Positions 1-8,131 of a stretch of DNA of 64,000 bases are shown one piece after another. The notes below the pieces were generated by a model. It ran no database searches and was not told the origin of the DNA. It was given only the letters and a program-made list of their open reading frames with translations. Numbering within the stretch: the stretch's first letter is position 1; the number at the start of each line of letters is the position of its first letter. The stretch spans positions 177,252-241,251 of the forward strand of contig JAIYBN010000004.1 in assembly GCA_027488515.1 (NCBI GenBank). Direction: 5' to 3'. This DNA is from Pseudomonadota bacterium (lineage in GTDB: Bacteria; Bdellovibrionota; UBA1018; CAIMNF01). Position numbers and translations under genes: made by a program.

Positions 1-1055
1 ACCGGCCGTTTCGGATCCTGGATCATGGATGCAGGTTCGATATCTCTTTGGATTTCGTTCGGATCAGAGGGAAGCTCACGTCCGTTCAGAAGAGTGTACT
101 TGCCTTTGAAGATGTTCGCATCCGGAACCGGCTCGTACTTCCGGAGTTGGCAGGAAACCTTGATTGCCTCTGTCAAAGGGTCTGCAGGCCTATCCTTCTT
201 GCGCAACATCCCTTGGTAGCGGGACAAGATGTCCATGAAGATCATGTCGGATCTTGCTTTTTGATAAGAGGCCTCGTCGGGAAAGTAGCGACGATCTTCA
301 GGGTCCGGGAATTGATTGTCAGCTGGAATGATTGCCACTTTCGAAAAGAACGCCATTTTGATGGTGAGTGTGCTTTCAGATTGGATGGAGGCGGTCGGAG
401 TGAAGGCGTCTTTGAGTACCCCTTCGCATCCCAAGGGTTGTCCCATTTCGCGCCCTTCTATCAAGACCGCATCGGTACCGGCTGTCAGCACCTCTTCTTC
501 CATTTGGGTCCGGGCACTGTCGAGTTCGGTGGGGTCTTTGATGCCTGCCAGATGGCTCACCCCGAGAAAACGGGTTTGATCGAACCTGACCTCACGAACG
601 ATTTCAGAACTCCCTGCCGGTGCCCGGAATCGACAGGTTTGCTCAGCAGTCGAAGAGGCGAGGACCCAGGGTTCGCTCGGATCGGAACGGTAGCGCTCGG
701 GAATGAGGCGGTTCTGCTCTTGGAAGAAGAACAGGCTCTCCTGGAATTTCCTGACGGACATGCCTTTCGGTCCGTGTTCCTCGAGCAAAGAACGGGCACC
801 CTTCTTGTCCAGAAGCTCACGGAATTCGGATGCGGAGAGTTTCATGTTCTCCGGATCACATGAAAACCGGATCAGATCTTGGAGGTCTTTGAATCCGTCC
901 ACCCGTTGGCGAGGTTTGAAACACTCTTTTCTAACTTCGTTGATGAGTTGGAAGGTGTGGAGGACCCGGTCTGCCAAAAGGGTAGGGGACTGCGAGGGCG
1001 GTTGGGCCCGGACGGGAATCGAAATCAAAAGGGCTAAAACACAGATCTGAATCAT
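1..1055 (-). CDS. hypothetical secreted protein, partial (C-terminus beyond left window edge)
   Basis: Manual reverse-strand translation from ATG at 1055..1053 stays open for >350 codons to position 1. It is absent from the ORF track because no stop lies inside the window. The N-terminus MIQICVLALLISIPVRAQ looks like a signal peptide. The long + strand ORF 48..863 is its antisense shadow. Confidence 0.55.
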   Translation of the reverse strand, partial: MIQICVLALLISIPVRAQPPSQSPTLLADRVLHTFQLINEVRKECFKPRQRVDGFKDLQDLIRFSCDPENMKLSASEFRELLDKKGARSLLEEHGPKGMSVRKFQESLFFFQEQNRLIPERYRSDPSEPWVLASSTAEQTCRFRAPAGSSEIVREVRFDQTRFLGVSHLAGIKDPTELDSARTQMEEEVLTAGTDAVLIEGREMGQPLGCEGVLKDAFTPTASIQSESTLTIKMAFFSKVAIIPADNQFPDPEDRRYFPDEASYQKARSDMIFMDILSRYQGMLRKKDRPADPLTEAIKVSCQLRKYEPVPDANIFKGKYTLLNGRELPSDPNEIQRDIEPASMIQDPKRP

Positions 1056-1220
1056 GTTCCTCGATCAGGATATCACAGTGATGAAATAAAATGGTTGAAC
1101 GAGCAGGTATTTCATTTCAACGGAGGAGGGTTGAAAATGACACAGTATACAGGGAGTTTGGTTTAAGGGATCATCAAATCAGACACTGAATCATCCTATT
1201 GAAATAGGGGAACGGGGATC

Positions 1221-1421
1221 ATGATGAGAGCGTTTGTTTTTTTGAGTGTTTTGTTCGGAATGGTATCCGTCAATGCTCATGCCACTCACTGGGCACCCTG
1301 CGGGAGCGGGTATCACCACGGGGGTAATCCGGTAGGCAGCAAGTGTTGTCGTGGGCCCGATTGCTACGACAACGTCCCTGCCAAGGTCACCAAACCGGCA
1401 TTAGTGATTAAAAAGAAATAA
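1221..1421 (+). CDS. small secreted Cys/His-rich peptide (66 aa)
   Basis: ATG preceded by GGGGA. Signal-peptide-like N-terminus MMRAFVFLSVLFGMVSVNA, then about 46 aa with 4 Cys and several His and a Lys-rich tail. Followed by an intrinsic terminator. Confidence 0.4.
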   Translation: MMRAFVFLSVLFGMVSVNAHATHWAPCGSGYHHGGNPVGSKCCRGPDCYDNVPAKVTKPALVIKKK

Positions 1422-1459
1422 TCTGCCGGGAGTTAAGAATTCGGGAGCTGAGTAAGAAG

Positions 1460-1493
1460 AAGGCCGTGCCTGATCGAAGGTGCGGCCTTTTTT
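1460..1493 (+). terminator. rho-independent terminator
   Basis: aaggccgtgcc / ggtgcggcctt form an 11-bp stem (2 G-U) with loop tgatcgaa, followed by TTTTTT. Confidence 0.5.
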
Positions 1494-1566
1494 CGTTGGG
1501 ATCACTTGCCTGATTTCAAGATTCGCATCCTGCTCGTCGCCCTACGGGCAAACCTTCGGTTTGTGC

Positions 1567-1589
1567 AAAAATGCCATCCTGGCATTTTT
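1567..1589. repeat. perfect 10-bp inverted repeat hairpin (AAAAATGCCA-tcc-TGGCATTTTT)
   Basis: Read directly: perfect 10-bp stem with a 3-nt loop and A5/T5 flanks. It lies in the gap between convergent genes at the GC-normal edge of the AT-rich islet. It could be a bidirectional terminator or a protein-binding site. Confidence 0.5.
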
Positions 1590-1838
1590 GTGAACTGACG
1601 GGACTCGCTTCGCTCGCGCGCCAGTTCTCACCATGACCCAAACAAGAGTGTTCGAATAAAAAAGCCCCAGTCTTGCGACTGAGGCTTTTTATTCGAATGG
1701 TTGCATCGTACTGACCTAAATGCTTGCAATTATTTGTGTTGCTGGGCATCCAGTCGGCATTTTTGCGTTTTTGGGCTGATTGACCCCCTAGTACACAAGC
1801 CGGAAGGGTTATGAGACAGACGAGCAACTTCGAATTGT

Positions 1839-2267
1839 TCAACTTTCTATTAGGCTATTTGATCTAATTCTTTTGGCAGCTTTCGAATTACTTTTTGTGG
1901 CAAATTCTCCCCACTCTTTCATATGCTCAATGATTGGCAATAGTGTTTCTCCAAAAATGGTCAACGAATACTCCACTTTTGGCGGGACTTCTGTGTAAAT
2001 TTTACGATCGATAATTCCATCCATTTCAAGGTCTCTTAATTGGGATGTGAGCATTTGTTTTGTGATCGAAGGGATTGATCTTTGGAGTGCGCCAAAACGG
2101 TTGATTTTATTTTTCACCAGGAAAATAATCACTGGCTTCCATTTTCCTCCAATGACTTTTAAACATAAAGTGACCGGGCAGTTCTGAGCTTCAACTGATT
2201 TAGTAATCGAAGACTTCGCCTTTCCTTTTTTAGGAAATGAAGAAGAATTAGTTATTTTGTTATCCAT
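1839..2267 (-). CDS. HxlR-family (DUF24/MarR-like winged-helix) transcriptional regulator
   Basis: 142 aa. The motif CPVTLCLKVIGGKWKPVIIFLV ... RFGALQRSIPSITKQMLTSQLRDLEMDGIIDR is typical of HxlR regulators. It is transcribed divergently from an oxidoreductase gene, the classic HxlR arrangement. Low-GC codon usage. Confidence 0.8.
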   Translation of the reverse strand: MDNKITNSSSFPKKGKAKSSITKSVEAQNCPVTLCLKVIGGKWKPVIIFLVKNKINRFGALQRSIPSITKQMLTSQLRDLEMDGIIDRKIYTEVPPKVEYSLTIFGETLLPIIEHMKEWGEFATKSNSKAAKRIRSNSLIES

Positions 2268-2290
2268 TTTAATTTACCTTATTCTTTATA

Positions 2291-2328
2291 TAGTATGAAA
2301 AAACATACTAGGTCATAAATATGTGACT
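2291..2328. promoter_or_regulatory. two palindromes in the HxlR/oxidoreductase divergent promoter region (candidate operators)
   Basis: TAGTATG-aaaaaa-CATACTA (2291-2310) is a perfect 7-bp inverted repeat. GTCAtaaatatgTGAC (2313-2328) is a second one. Both sit between the divergent starts at 2267 and 2391. Confidence 0.35.
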
Positions 2329-2390
2329 AATTGTTAAAAACACTCTATTGCTCCATCATAACTTAAGAAAGACAAATGAAGGAGTAAAAT

Positions 2391-3347
2391 ATGAGAAAGC
2401 TCATTTATCAGCTTTATGGAAAAAGTCATGATAGCAAATTAGTTGAAATTGCCCCACCTGTTATATCAACTGCTAGCCAGGTTTTAGTAAAAGTAAAAGC
2501 AGCATCCCTTAATCCTGTTGATTGGAAAATTCGTCAGGGAGAGATGAAGTTGTTCACTGGCAGTCAGTTCCCTCGTGGAATGGGGTGCGATTTTTCAGGA
2601 GTAGTTTTAGATGCGGGAAGTAATGCATATCGATTTAAAAAAGACGATCGTGTTTTCGGTTTCATTCCATTCAAAGAAGCTGGTGCGTTTGCTGATATTG
2701 TGATTTGTGATCACTCCTTAGTTGGTCATATTCCAGATCATTTATCGTTTGAAGAAGCTAGTTGTCTTCCGATGGCCGGATCAGCAGCTCTTACATCGCT
2801 AGAATTAAAGGTGCATATAAATAAAGGCGATCGGGTATTTATTGGAGGTTGCACCGGTGGTGTAGGGCATTTGGCTGTTCAGTATGCCAAATCAAGAGGA
2901 GCGGTTGTTATTGGAAGTTGTGGTTCAATTGATTTTGAAAAAGCAAAATTAATAGGTGTTGATGAAATTTACGATTATTCGAACCTATTGAGTCAGAACA
3001 TTCGTGAGTGTTCTATTGTTTTTGATACTTCAGGGAAAATGAGTCGCCAAGAAGTGCTTAAACTCTTGCCTAGTCGCTTGTTTGGAATGATTAAAGGTGG
3101 AAGTTTTGTGAATTTGAATCCAACTCCAGCGTCTATGCTTAGAAGTGTTTTTTCGAATGTCTATAAAGTTGTCATTACTAAAGTAACTCCCAGCTTGATT
3201 CAGCGATTGGCCGAGCTGGCTAAAGATAAAAAACTAAGTCCATTAATTGGGGAGAAATTTGAATTTAGTGAATCGATCAAGATCATCGAAGGTTTGGAAA
3301 CAGGAAAGAAGCGATCGAATGGGAAAGTTGTATTTACGTTTAAATAA
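2391..3347 (+). CDS. NADPH:quinone oxidoreductase / zinc-type alcohol dehydrogenase-like (MDR superfamily)
   Basis: 318 aa with strong RBS GAAGGAG. Contains ASLNPVDWKIRQG and GGCTGGVGHLAVQYAK, a Rossmann GxGxxG typical of quinone oxidoreductase-like MDR proteins. Confidence 0.8.
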   Translation: MRKLIYQLYGKSHDSKLVEIAPPVISTASQVLVKVKAASLNPVDWKIRQGEMKLFTGSQFPRGMGCDFSGVVLDAGSNAYRFKKDDRVFGFIPFKEAGAFADIVICDHSLVGHIPDHLSFEEASCLPMAGSAALTSLELKVHINKGDRVFIGGCTGGVGHLAVQYAKSRGAVVIGSCGSIDFEKAKLIGVDEIYDYSNLLSQNIRECSIVFDTSGKMSRQEVLKLLPSRLFGMIKGGSFVNLNPTPASMLRSVFSNVYKVVITKVTPSLIQRLAELAKDKKLSPLIGEKFEFSESIKIIEGLETGKKRSNGKVVFTFK

Positions 3348-3370
3348 TAGAAACTGAAAAGGAGAAGAAA

Positions 3371-4024
3371 ATGAAAGTATTAATTTTTTTAATGAGTATG
3401 AGTGTCGGTTTTAATTGTCTTGCGAAAGATGAAAATCTAATTTCACAGAAGAGAGTAGCCAGTCATATTAAGGGTAAATGGGTAAGTATTTCATGTGAAC
3501 TTCGCCCTCGTGAAAATCGCGGTACTGGGGGAAGTGTTGAGTCATTCTGGTTAAAGAGGGAATTTTTCTTTGATGGTAAAGATGGCTTTAAAGGAATAAT
3601 TAGAGGATTCGCAGATCCACTCTGCGAACAACCTGTACAGGATTTTGAGTTCGAAGGGAATTTAATCTGGCGTGGCCCTCATCCAGTAGCAAAAGAAGCG
3701 CAGTCAGTTGATTATGAACTCTCAAAAGAATTTGCAATTATTCCAAGATCACAAGCAGCCGTAGATCAAATGAACTCTCTACCGCCTGGTGCTTGTGGCG
3801 ATAAAAAGTATGCACTGAATGAGCGTCAGAGTATTTTAAAAAAACAGTGTATTCTTTTTAACATAAAAGCTGGCGAAGCAGTTAAGGATCACGATCTCGT
3901 TTACCTTTACGGATTTAATAACCTTCTTTTCATGGGCGCCAAACACGTGAATGGACAAGGGTTTTACACTGAAGATTTAAGGCCTAAGGGCGGACTTCAA
4001 ATCCCTCTTGTGAAAGCAAAATAA
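3371..4024 (+). CDS. hypothetical secreted protein (low-GC islet)
   Basis: 217 aa with RBS GGAGAAG and N-terminal signal peptide MKVLIFLMSMSVGFNCLA. No recognisable motif. AT-rich codon usage unlike the rest of the window. Confidence 0.6.
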   Translation: MKVLIFLMSMSVGFNCLAKDENLISQKRVASHIKGKWVSISCELRPRENRGTGGSVESFWLKREFFFDGKDGFKGIIRGFADPLCEQPVQDFEFEGNLIWRGPHPVAKEAQSVDYELSKEFAIIPRSQAAVDQMNSLPPGACGDKKYALNERQSILKKQCILFNIKAGEAVKDHDLVYLYGFNNLLFMGAKHVNGQGFYTEDLRPKGGLQIPLVKAK

Positions 4025-4054
4025 ATTGCGGAAATCTTTGTTGTAGATATTTGA

Positions 4055-4084
4055 GCCCACAATAAATTGTTGTGGGCTTTTTTT
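4055..4084 (+). terminator. rho-independent terminator
   Basis: gcccacaa / ttgtgggc form an 8-bp stem with loop taaattg, followed by TTTTTTT, just after the stop at 4024. Confidence 0.6.
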
Positions 4085-4091
4085 AATGTAA

Positions 4092-4247
4092 CTACTCGAT
4101 GATGTTAGCCTTTGGCCACTTCGATGCCTGAGAATCCTTAATCATCTGAATTTGCGCCTTACGCACTTCAAAAAGAATTCTAGGTAGATTTCCAGATGCG
4201 ACTGCAACGAAAGCTAGAGTTACTGCAATAGTGACTAGTGATTTCAT
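4092..4247 (-). CDS. possible small secreted peptide (51 aa, below ORF-track cutoff)
   Basis: Manual translation gives MKSLVTIAVTLAFVAVASGNLPRILFEVRKAQIQMIKDSQASKWPKANIIE. RBS AAAGGA lies 7 nt upstream of the ATG. Signal-peptide-like N-terminus. No homology support. Confidence 0.3.
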   Translation of the reverse strand: MKSLVTIAVTLAFVAVASGNLPRILFEVRKAQIQMIKDSQASKWPKANIIE

Positions 4248-4595
4248 AAATACGTCCTTTCAAATTTACGATCTAAAATCTAGATCGTAGGTTTTTAAGT
4301 TTTTCCCTCCAGACAAAGCAGTGCTTTTACCTAGAGGGATGAAAAAACCCTTTTAAATTTCGACTCTTGCAACGCTATGGATGCCCGTAAATTTTAGGCA
4401 TCCATTTTTTATGAGAAGTTTCTTTCAGGCATCTTCGGGGAGTACATTGGGCATCCACGTAGGTGTCTTTTGCGTGACTTCCAGTGACGTCGAACAATCA
4501 GAAAAACTCGATAGAAAATTATTACTTTTCCTCTGTTTTCTTCTTTGTTTTAAGTGATTTGTGATTGATTTTGATGAGTTATTTTTGGTTCGGCA

Positions 4596-4624
4596 GCCGG
4601 TTTTCAAATTTGATGAAAACCGGC
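4596..4624. repeat. perfect 9-bp stem hairpin (GCCGGTTTT-N11-AAAACCGGC) 10 nt beyond the 3' end of tRNA-fMet
   Basis: Read directly. Not followed by a T-tract on either strand. Possible tRNA 3' processing/termination structure or part of an islet junction. Confidence 0.4.
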
Positions 4625-4633
4625 TCCGAAAAT

Positions 4634-4710
<77 letters not shown>

Positions 4711-4940
4711 TCAAAAACTTCAGGTGTTTCCTGTGCTTCGAAGCCTAATCCCGAGGGGATGCGAAGTCAACGAGATTCATGGATGAGGGAACAAAACTCT
4801 CAGAATTCAGGCCACTTGGACCGGGGGTCGGGTAGGACAAATCGTACGAATTCAGCCTGATTTCAGCATAAAACTGGAAATTATTTATTTACTTTATCAA
4901 AACACTCAGGTAATATTCGAACCTCGCAAAGGAACCCTTC

Positions 4941-7430
4941 ATGAAAAAACTCCCCCTCATCCTTCTCGCACTGTTTACCTTGAGCTTCATGAGCGCGTGC
5001 ACCCGCCAGGCACGCCCCCCGATGGTCTCGGACGTGAAGACGGCCGATGCGGGCCTTCGGGTGAGTGTGGCGCCTTCGTCTGACACCCCCGCGAATGCCA
5101 CCTCTGCGACAAAGCCCGAGGAAGGGAAGGTCAAGGCGATCACTGCCGAGATCATGCTGAAGAAAAGCGAGATTCTGGGAAAGGAATTCTTGTACGGGGC
5201 CGACCTCCAGTATTCCTCCCTGTATGACGAGGACATGGATCTTTACAACCAGAGCATGGCGATCGGCCACGTTCCGGTTTACTTCAAAATCAACGGAAAA
5301 GAACTCCAGCTGATCGAAGATGCGAAGCGCTCTTACCCGAGCGATGTGAATCACCCCGATCGTCTGGTCAGCCGCTACAAGATTCTCGCTGAAACCGAAG
5401 AAACCCTCACGGTTTCGGATGCCGATTCTTCCGAGTTTTTGACCGGCGCAGTGGTCGGAAGCCAGAAGTCTCCGAAGGACCGTTGGACCCGGTCGCTCGA
5501 GTTTGTGAAGGAGGGGAACTTGGTTCTCCAGGAAACCAGTATGCTCCTGGCTGATGGATCGGTGGTCGAGATGATGGAGTCCGTGATGCCCAAGGAGGCG
5601 ATCGCTCCTTCGTCTTCTTTCGAGGCGATCCGCATGGACCCGACCGATCCGACCGGCGGACTCGAAGGCAAATTGTCCCGCTTCCGGATGTTGTCCGGCG
5701 AAACCATCCGCAAGGGTGAAGAGAAGCTCGCATTCGCCCAGCATTTTGACATTGGCGATGGCAAGACCATCGATTGGTATGTGACGTCGAACATCAAGGA
5801 CGAGCATCTTCCGGTGGTGAGGGACGCTCTTCTCGGTTGGAACCGTTATTTCAAGAACTTCGCAGGGATCGAGCGCGAAGTGGTGCGCTTCATGGGGCGC
5901 CTGCCGGAAGGCGTGAAGCTCGGAGATCCCCGTTACAATGTGATCAACTGGGACAGCCGTCTCGTGGCCGGTGCGGCGTACGAGTCCCAGGCGTCCGACC
6001 CTTTCACCGGAAAGCAAAGTCACAGTCTGATCTACATGCCGGTTGCCTGGTTCCAGATCGGAGCCGATTATTGGTCGAACGGGAAGTATTCTGACAAAGT
6101 CGAAGAGTCCGGTACCCCTGGCAAAAAACAAGATGACAGTCGCGCCTTCCGGAACCGTTGCATGCGCGACCTGAAGGCTGTGAATGAGTCCCTCCGCTCC
6201 GGTCGGATGACCCGGGAAGCCGCTGAAAAATTCGCCATCCAACTCATGAAAGGGACTCTTTTCCATGAAGTCGGGCATGCGCTCGGGCTCGCCCACAATT
6301 TCAAGGGTTCGCTCACTTTCGACCGGAGCAAGCCGGACAGTTTGTTTTCGAGCTCGATCATGGATTACAACGACTACGAGATCGAACGTCAGGTGTTCCA
6401 GGACGACAGCGCCGAAGGGCCTGTGCTCGAGTACGACCGCCAGGCCTTGAGTGCGCTCTACAACGGGATGAAAGACGTGAAGAGCTCGGACCCGGTGATG
6501 CCGGTCTGTAACGACGCCGAAGCCGACACTGAAGAGGCTGGTGCAGTGGACCCGACCTGCATGCGCTACGACATCGAGAAAGATCCGACCCTGTCTGTTG
6601 AGACGGCGATCCAGCGATTGAGCGAGGAAAGCTTGTCCGGAGATGTTTCGCTGGCAGAAGCACTTCAAAACATGCAAAAGGCGGTACTGACCCCCGAAGC
6701 CATCGCAGCGGTGAATACGGAGAGCGATCTGAACGGCTTGATGACCCGCCTGGTTTCGGATTTGACCGGGGTCCTTCGCTTTTATCACTTGTCCGGGAAA
6801 GCCTCACTGGCTTCAACGGTGCGGAGCAATTTGAAGTCCCTCAGGCCTTTTTTCGCCGATGTGATCGGTGATCTTTCTGAGGCTGGAATGAGGAACCGGG
6901 CTTTGAACGGACTCAAGCATGCACTCGGACTCAAATCCCTTTCCGCTGCCGCCCAGAAGCAGATCCTGGTTTTGGCCGAGACCGCGGCAGAGTCACTGAA
7001 GGCGAGTCCCTTCATGCAGGCCCAAGGGAGTTCCGCAGACGCCATCGCCATGAACATCAAGATCGGAGTCTTCTCCTTCGGCAAGCGGTTCGAGCGTGAC
7101 AGCAGGGGAGGGTTGCCCCGTCTTCGTGCCTCGATCCTGGCGAGGCTCGGTCACATCGAGGGTTTGCCCTTCTACTTCGGTCAGCTGGACGGAGCCAGCC
7201 TGGATGTCGAATCGGAAATCACCGGGATCCTTGCCCGGACCGCCGGAGATCTGAGCGCCACCCTGAACGAGCGCTTGTATGCGGCACGCTCACTGAAGAC
7301 CTTCAGTGGTCGTCCGGGGGTCGATGCGATGATCTCCATCTTGAAGTCACAGGTCGAATCCGAGCTCCGGTCGGCAAAGAGTCATGAAGAGCGCGAAGCG
7401 TTTCTCTTGATGAAGCGCCTCCTGGGCTGA
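4941..7430 (+). CDS. lipoprotein zinc metalloprotease, metzincin-type (HEVGHALGLAH + Met-turn)
   Basis: 829 aa. Lipobox LSFMSAC after a signal peptide. Extended zinc motif HEVGHALGLAHNF (HExxHxxGxxH) with a downstream SIMDY Met-turn. Confidence 0.85.
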   Translation: MKKLPLILLALFTLSFMSACTRQARPPMVSDVKTADAGLRVSVAPSSDTPANATSATKPEEGKVKAITAEIMLKKSEILGKEFLYGADLQYSSLYDEDMDLYNQSMAIGHVPVYFKINGKELQLIEDAKRSYPSDVNHPDRLVSRYKILAETEETLTVSDADSSEFLTGAVVGSQKSPKDRWTRSLEFVKEGNLVLQETSMLLADGSVVEMMESVMPKEAIAPSSSFEAIRMDPTDPTGGLEGKLSRFRMLSGETIRKGEEKLAFAQHFDIGDGKTIDWYVTSNIKDEHLPVVRDALLGWNRYFKNFAGIEREVVRFMGRLPEGVKLGDPRYNVINWDSRLVAGAAYESQASDPFTGKQSHSLIYMPVAWFQIGADYWSNGKYSDKVEESGTPGKKQDDSRAFRNRCMRDLKAVNESLRSGRMTREAAEKFAIQLMKGTLFHEVGHALGLAHNFKGSLTFDRSKPDSLFSSSIMDYNDYEIERQVFQDDSAEGPVLEYDRQALSALYNGMKDVKSSDPVMPVCNDAEADTEEAGAVDPTCMRYDIEKDPTLSVETAIQRLSEESLSGDVSLAEALQNMQKAVLTPEAIAAVNTESDLNGLMTRLVSDLTGVLRFYHLSGKASLASTVRSNLKSLRPFFADVIGDLSEAGMRNRALNGLKHALGLKSLSAAAQKQILVLAETAAESLKASPFMQAQGSSADAIAMNIKIGVFSFGKRFERDSRGGLPRLRASILARLGHIEGLPFYFGQLDGASLDVESEITGILARTAGDLSATLNERLYAARSLKTFSGRPGVDAMISILKSQVESELRSAKSHEEREAFLLMKRLLG

Positions 7431-7680
7431 GCTTGACTGACTGCATCAAGTATATGCAAGCATGATGCTTTATTGAAAGCTGTCGGGCCGGCGAGCGGGA
7501 AAACCCTTGCCGGTCCCGGCATTTTGTGGGATTGTGTCAAAGTACCCGGTTTCAGTTCCAGTCCGAGTTCGCGTTCCGCTTCTCCGGTCAAATTGAGTCC
7601 TGGTTCGAGTGCCCCCGGTTCATGGACTCGCAATAGGGCGATCATGGATCAGGGCCAATTTAACAAGGAGTAGCCCAAAC

Positions 7681-8064
7681 ATGGGAAAACGTATTTTCGT
7701 AGGGAATCTTCCCTTTTCTGCAACCGATCAAGTCCTGATGGACACTTTCGCCCAATACGGAACGGTTGAGTCGGCGAAAGTGATCACTGACCGCGCCACC
7801 GGCCGGTCCAAGGGTTTCGGATTTGTGGAAATGGCCACGGACGCAGAAGCACTCGCAGCCATCGAGAAGCTCAATGGCGCCGATTATGAAGGTCGCACGA
7901 TCACCGTGAACGAAGCTCGCGAAATGCAGCCTCGCGAAGGCGGTGGCGGCGGTCGTGGCGGACGTCCGGGCGGTGGCGGCGGTGGCGGCGGTGGATACCG
8001 TGGCGATCGTTCTGGTGGTGGCGGCGGCGGTGGATACCGCGGCGGCGGAGGCGGATACCGCTAA
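7681..8064 (+). CDS. RRM-domain RNA-binding protein with Gly/Arg/Tyr-rich tail
   Basis: RBS AAGGAG. RNP-2 IFVGNL and RNP-1 KGFGFVEM motifs. C-terminal GGGGRGG ... GGYRGGGGGYR low-complexity tail. The ORF-track start at 7609 lies further upstream; 7681 is preferred. Confidence 0.85.
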   Translation: MGKRIFVGNLPFSATDQVLMDTFAQYGTVESAKVITDRATGRSKGFGFVEMATDAEALAAIEKLNGADYEGRTITVNEAREMQPREGGGGGRGGRPGGGGGGGGGYRGDRSGGGGGGGYRGGGGGYR

Positions 8065-8098
8065 GCCCGAAACTTTCGAGATTCAATGAAAGTTCGCA

Positions 8099-8130
8099 GA
8101 GCCCCGGGGGAACACCCCGGGGCTTTTTTC
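8099..8130. terminator. rho-independent terminator (GCCCCGGGG-gaacac-CCCGGGGC-TTTTTT)
   Basis: Perfect 8-9-bp GC stem plus T6 directly after the RRM gene. It can also terminate the convergent rluB. Confidence 0.7.
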
Positions 8131-8131
8131 A

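Noticed and set aside
48-863. 271-aa + strand ORF
   Set aside because: Antisense shadow of the real - strand secreted-protein gene (1..1055). The translation is Arg/Gly-rich nonsense typical of GC-rich antisense frames.
1430-1520. Search for a long (>15 nt) direct repeat of the tRNA-fMet 3' end at the far side of the AT-rich islet
   Set aside because: Only weak similarity (about 10/17) around 1510-1530. The only clean match is the 11-nt T-arm segment at 1590-1600, reported separately as low-confidence.
4881-6788. 635-aa - strand ORF opposite the metalloprotease gene
   Set aside because: Antisense shadow ORF in a GC-rich region. No motifs, His/Arg-rich composition. The + strand product has clear metzincin motifs.
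7950-8060. Repetitive ggtggcggcggtgg... tracts
   Set aside because: In-frame Gly codon repeats encoding the GGYR tail of the RRM protein. Not a tandem-repeat element or CRISPR.
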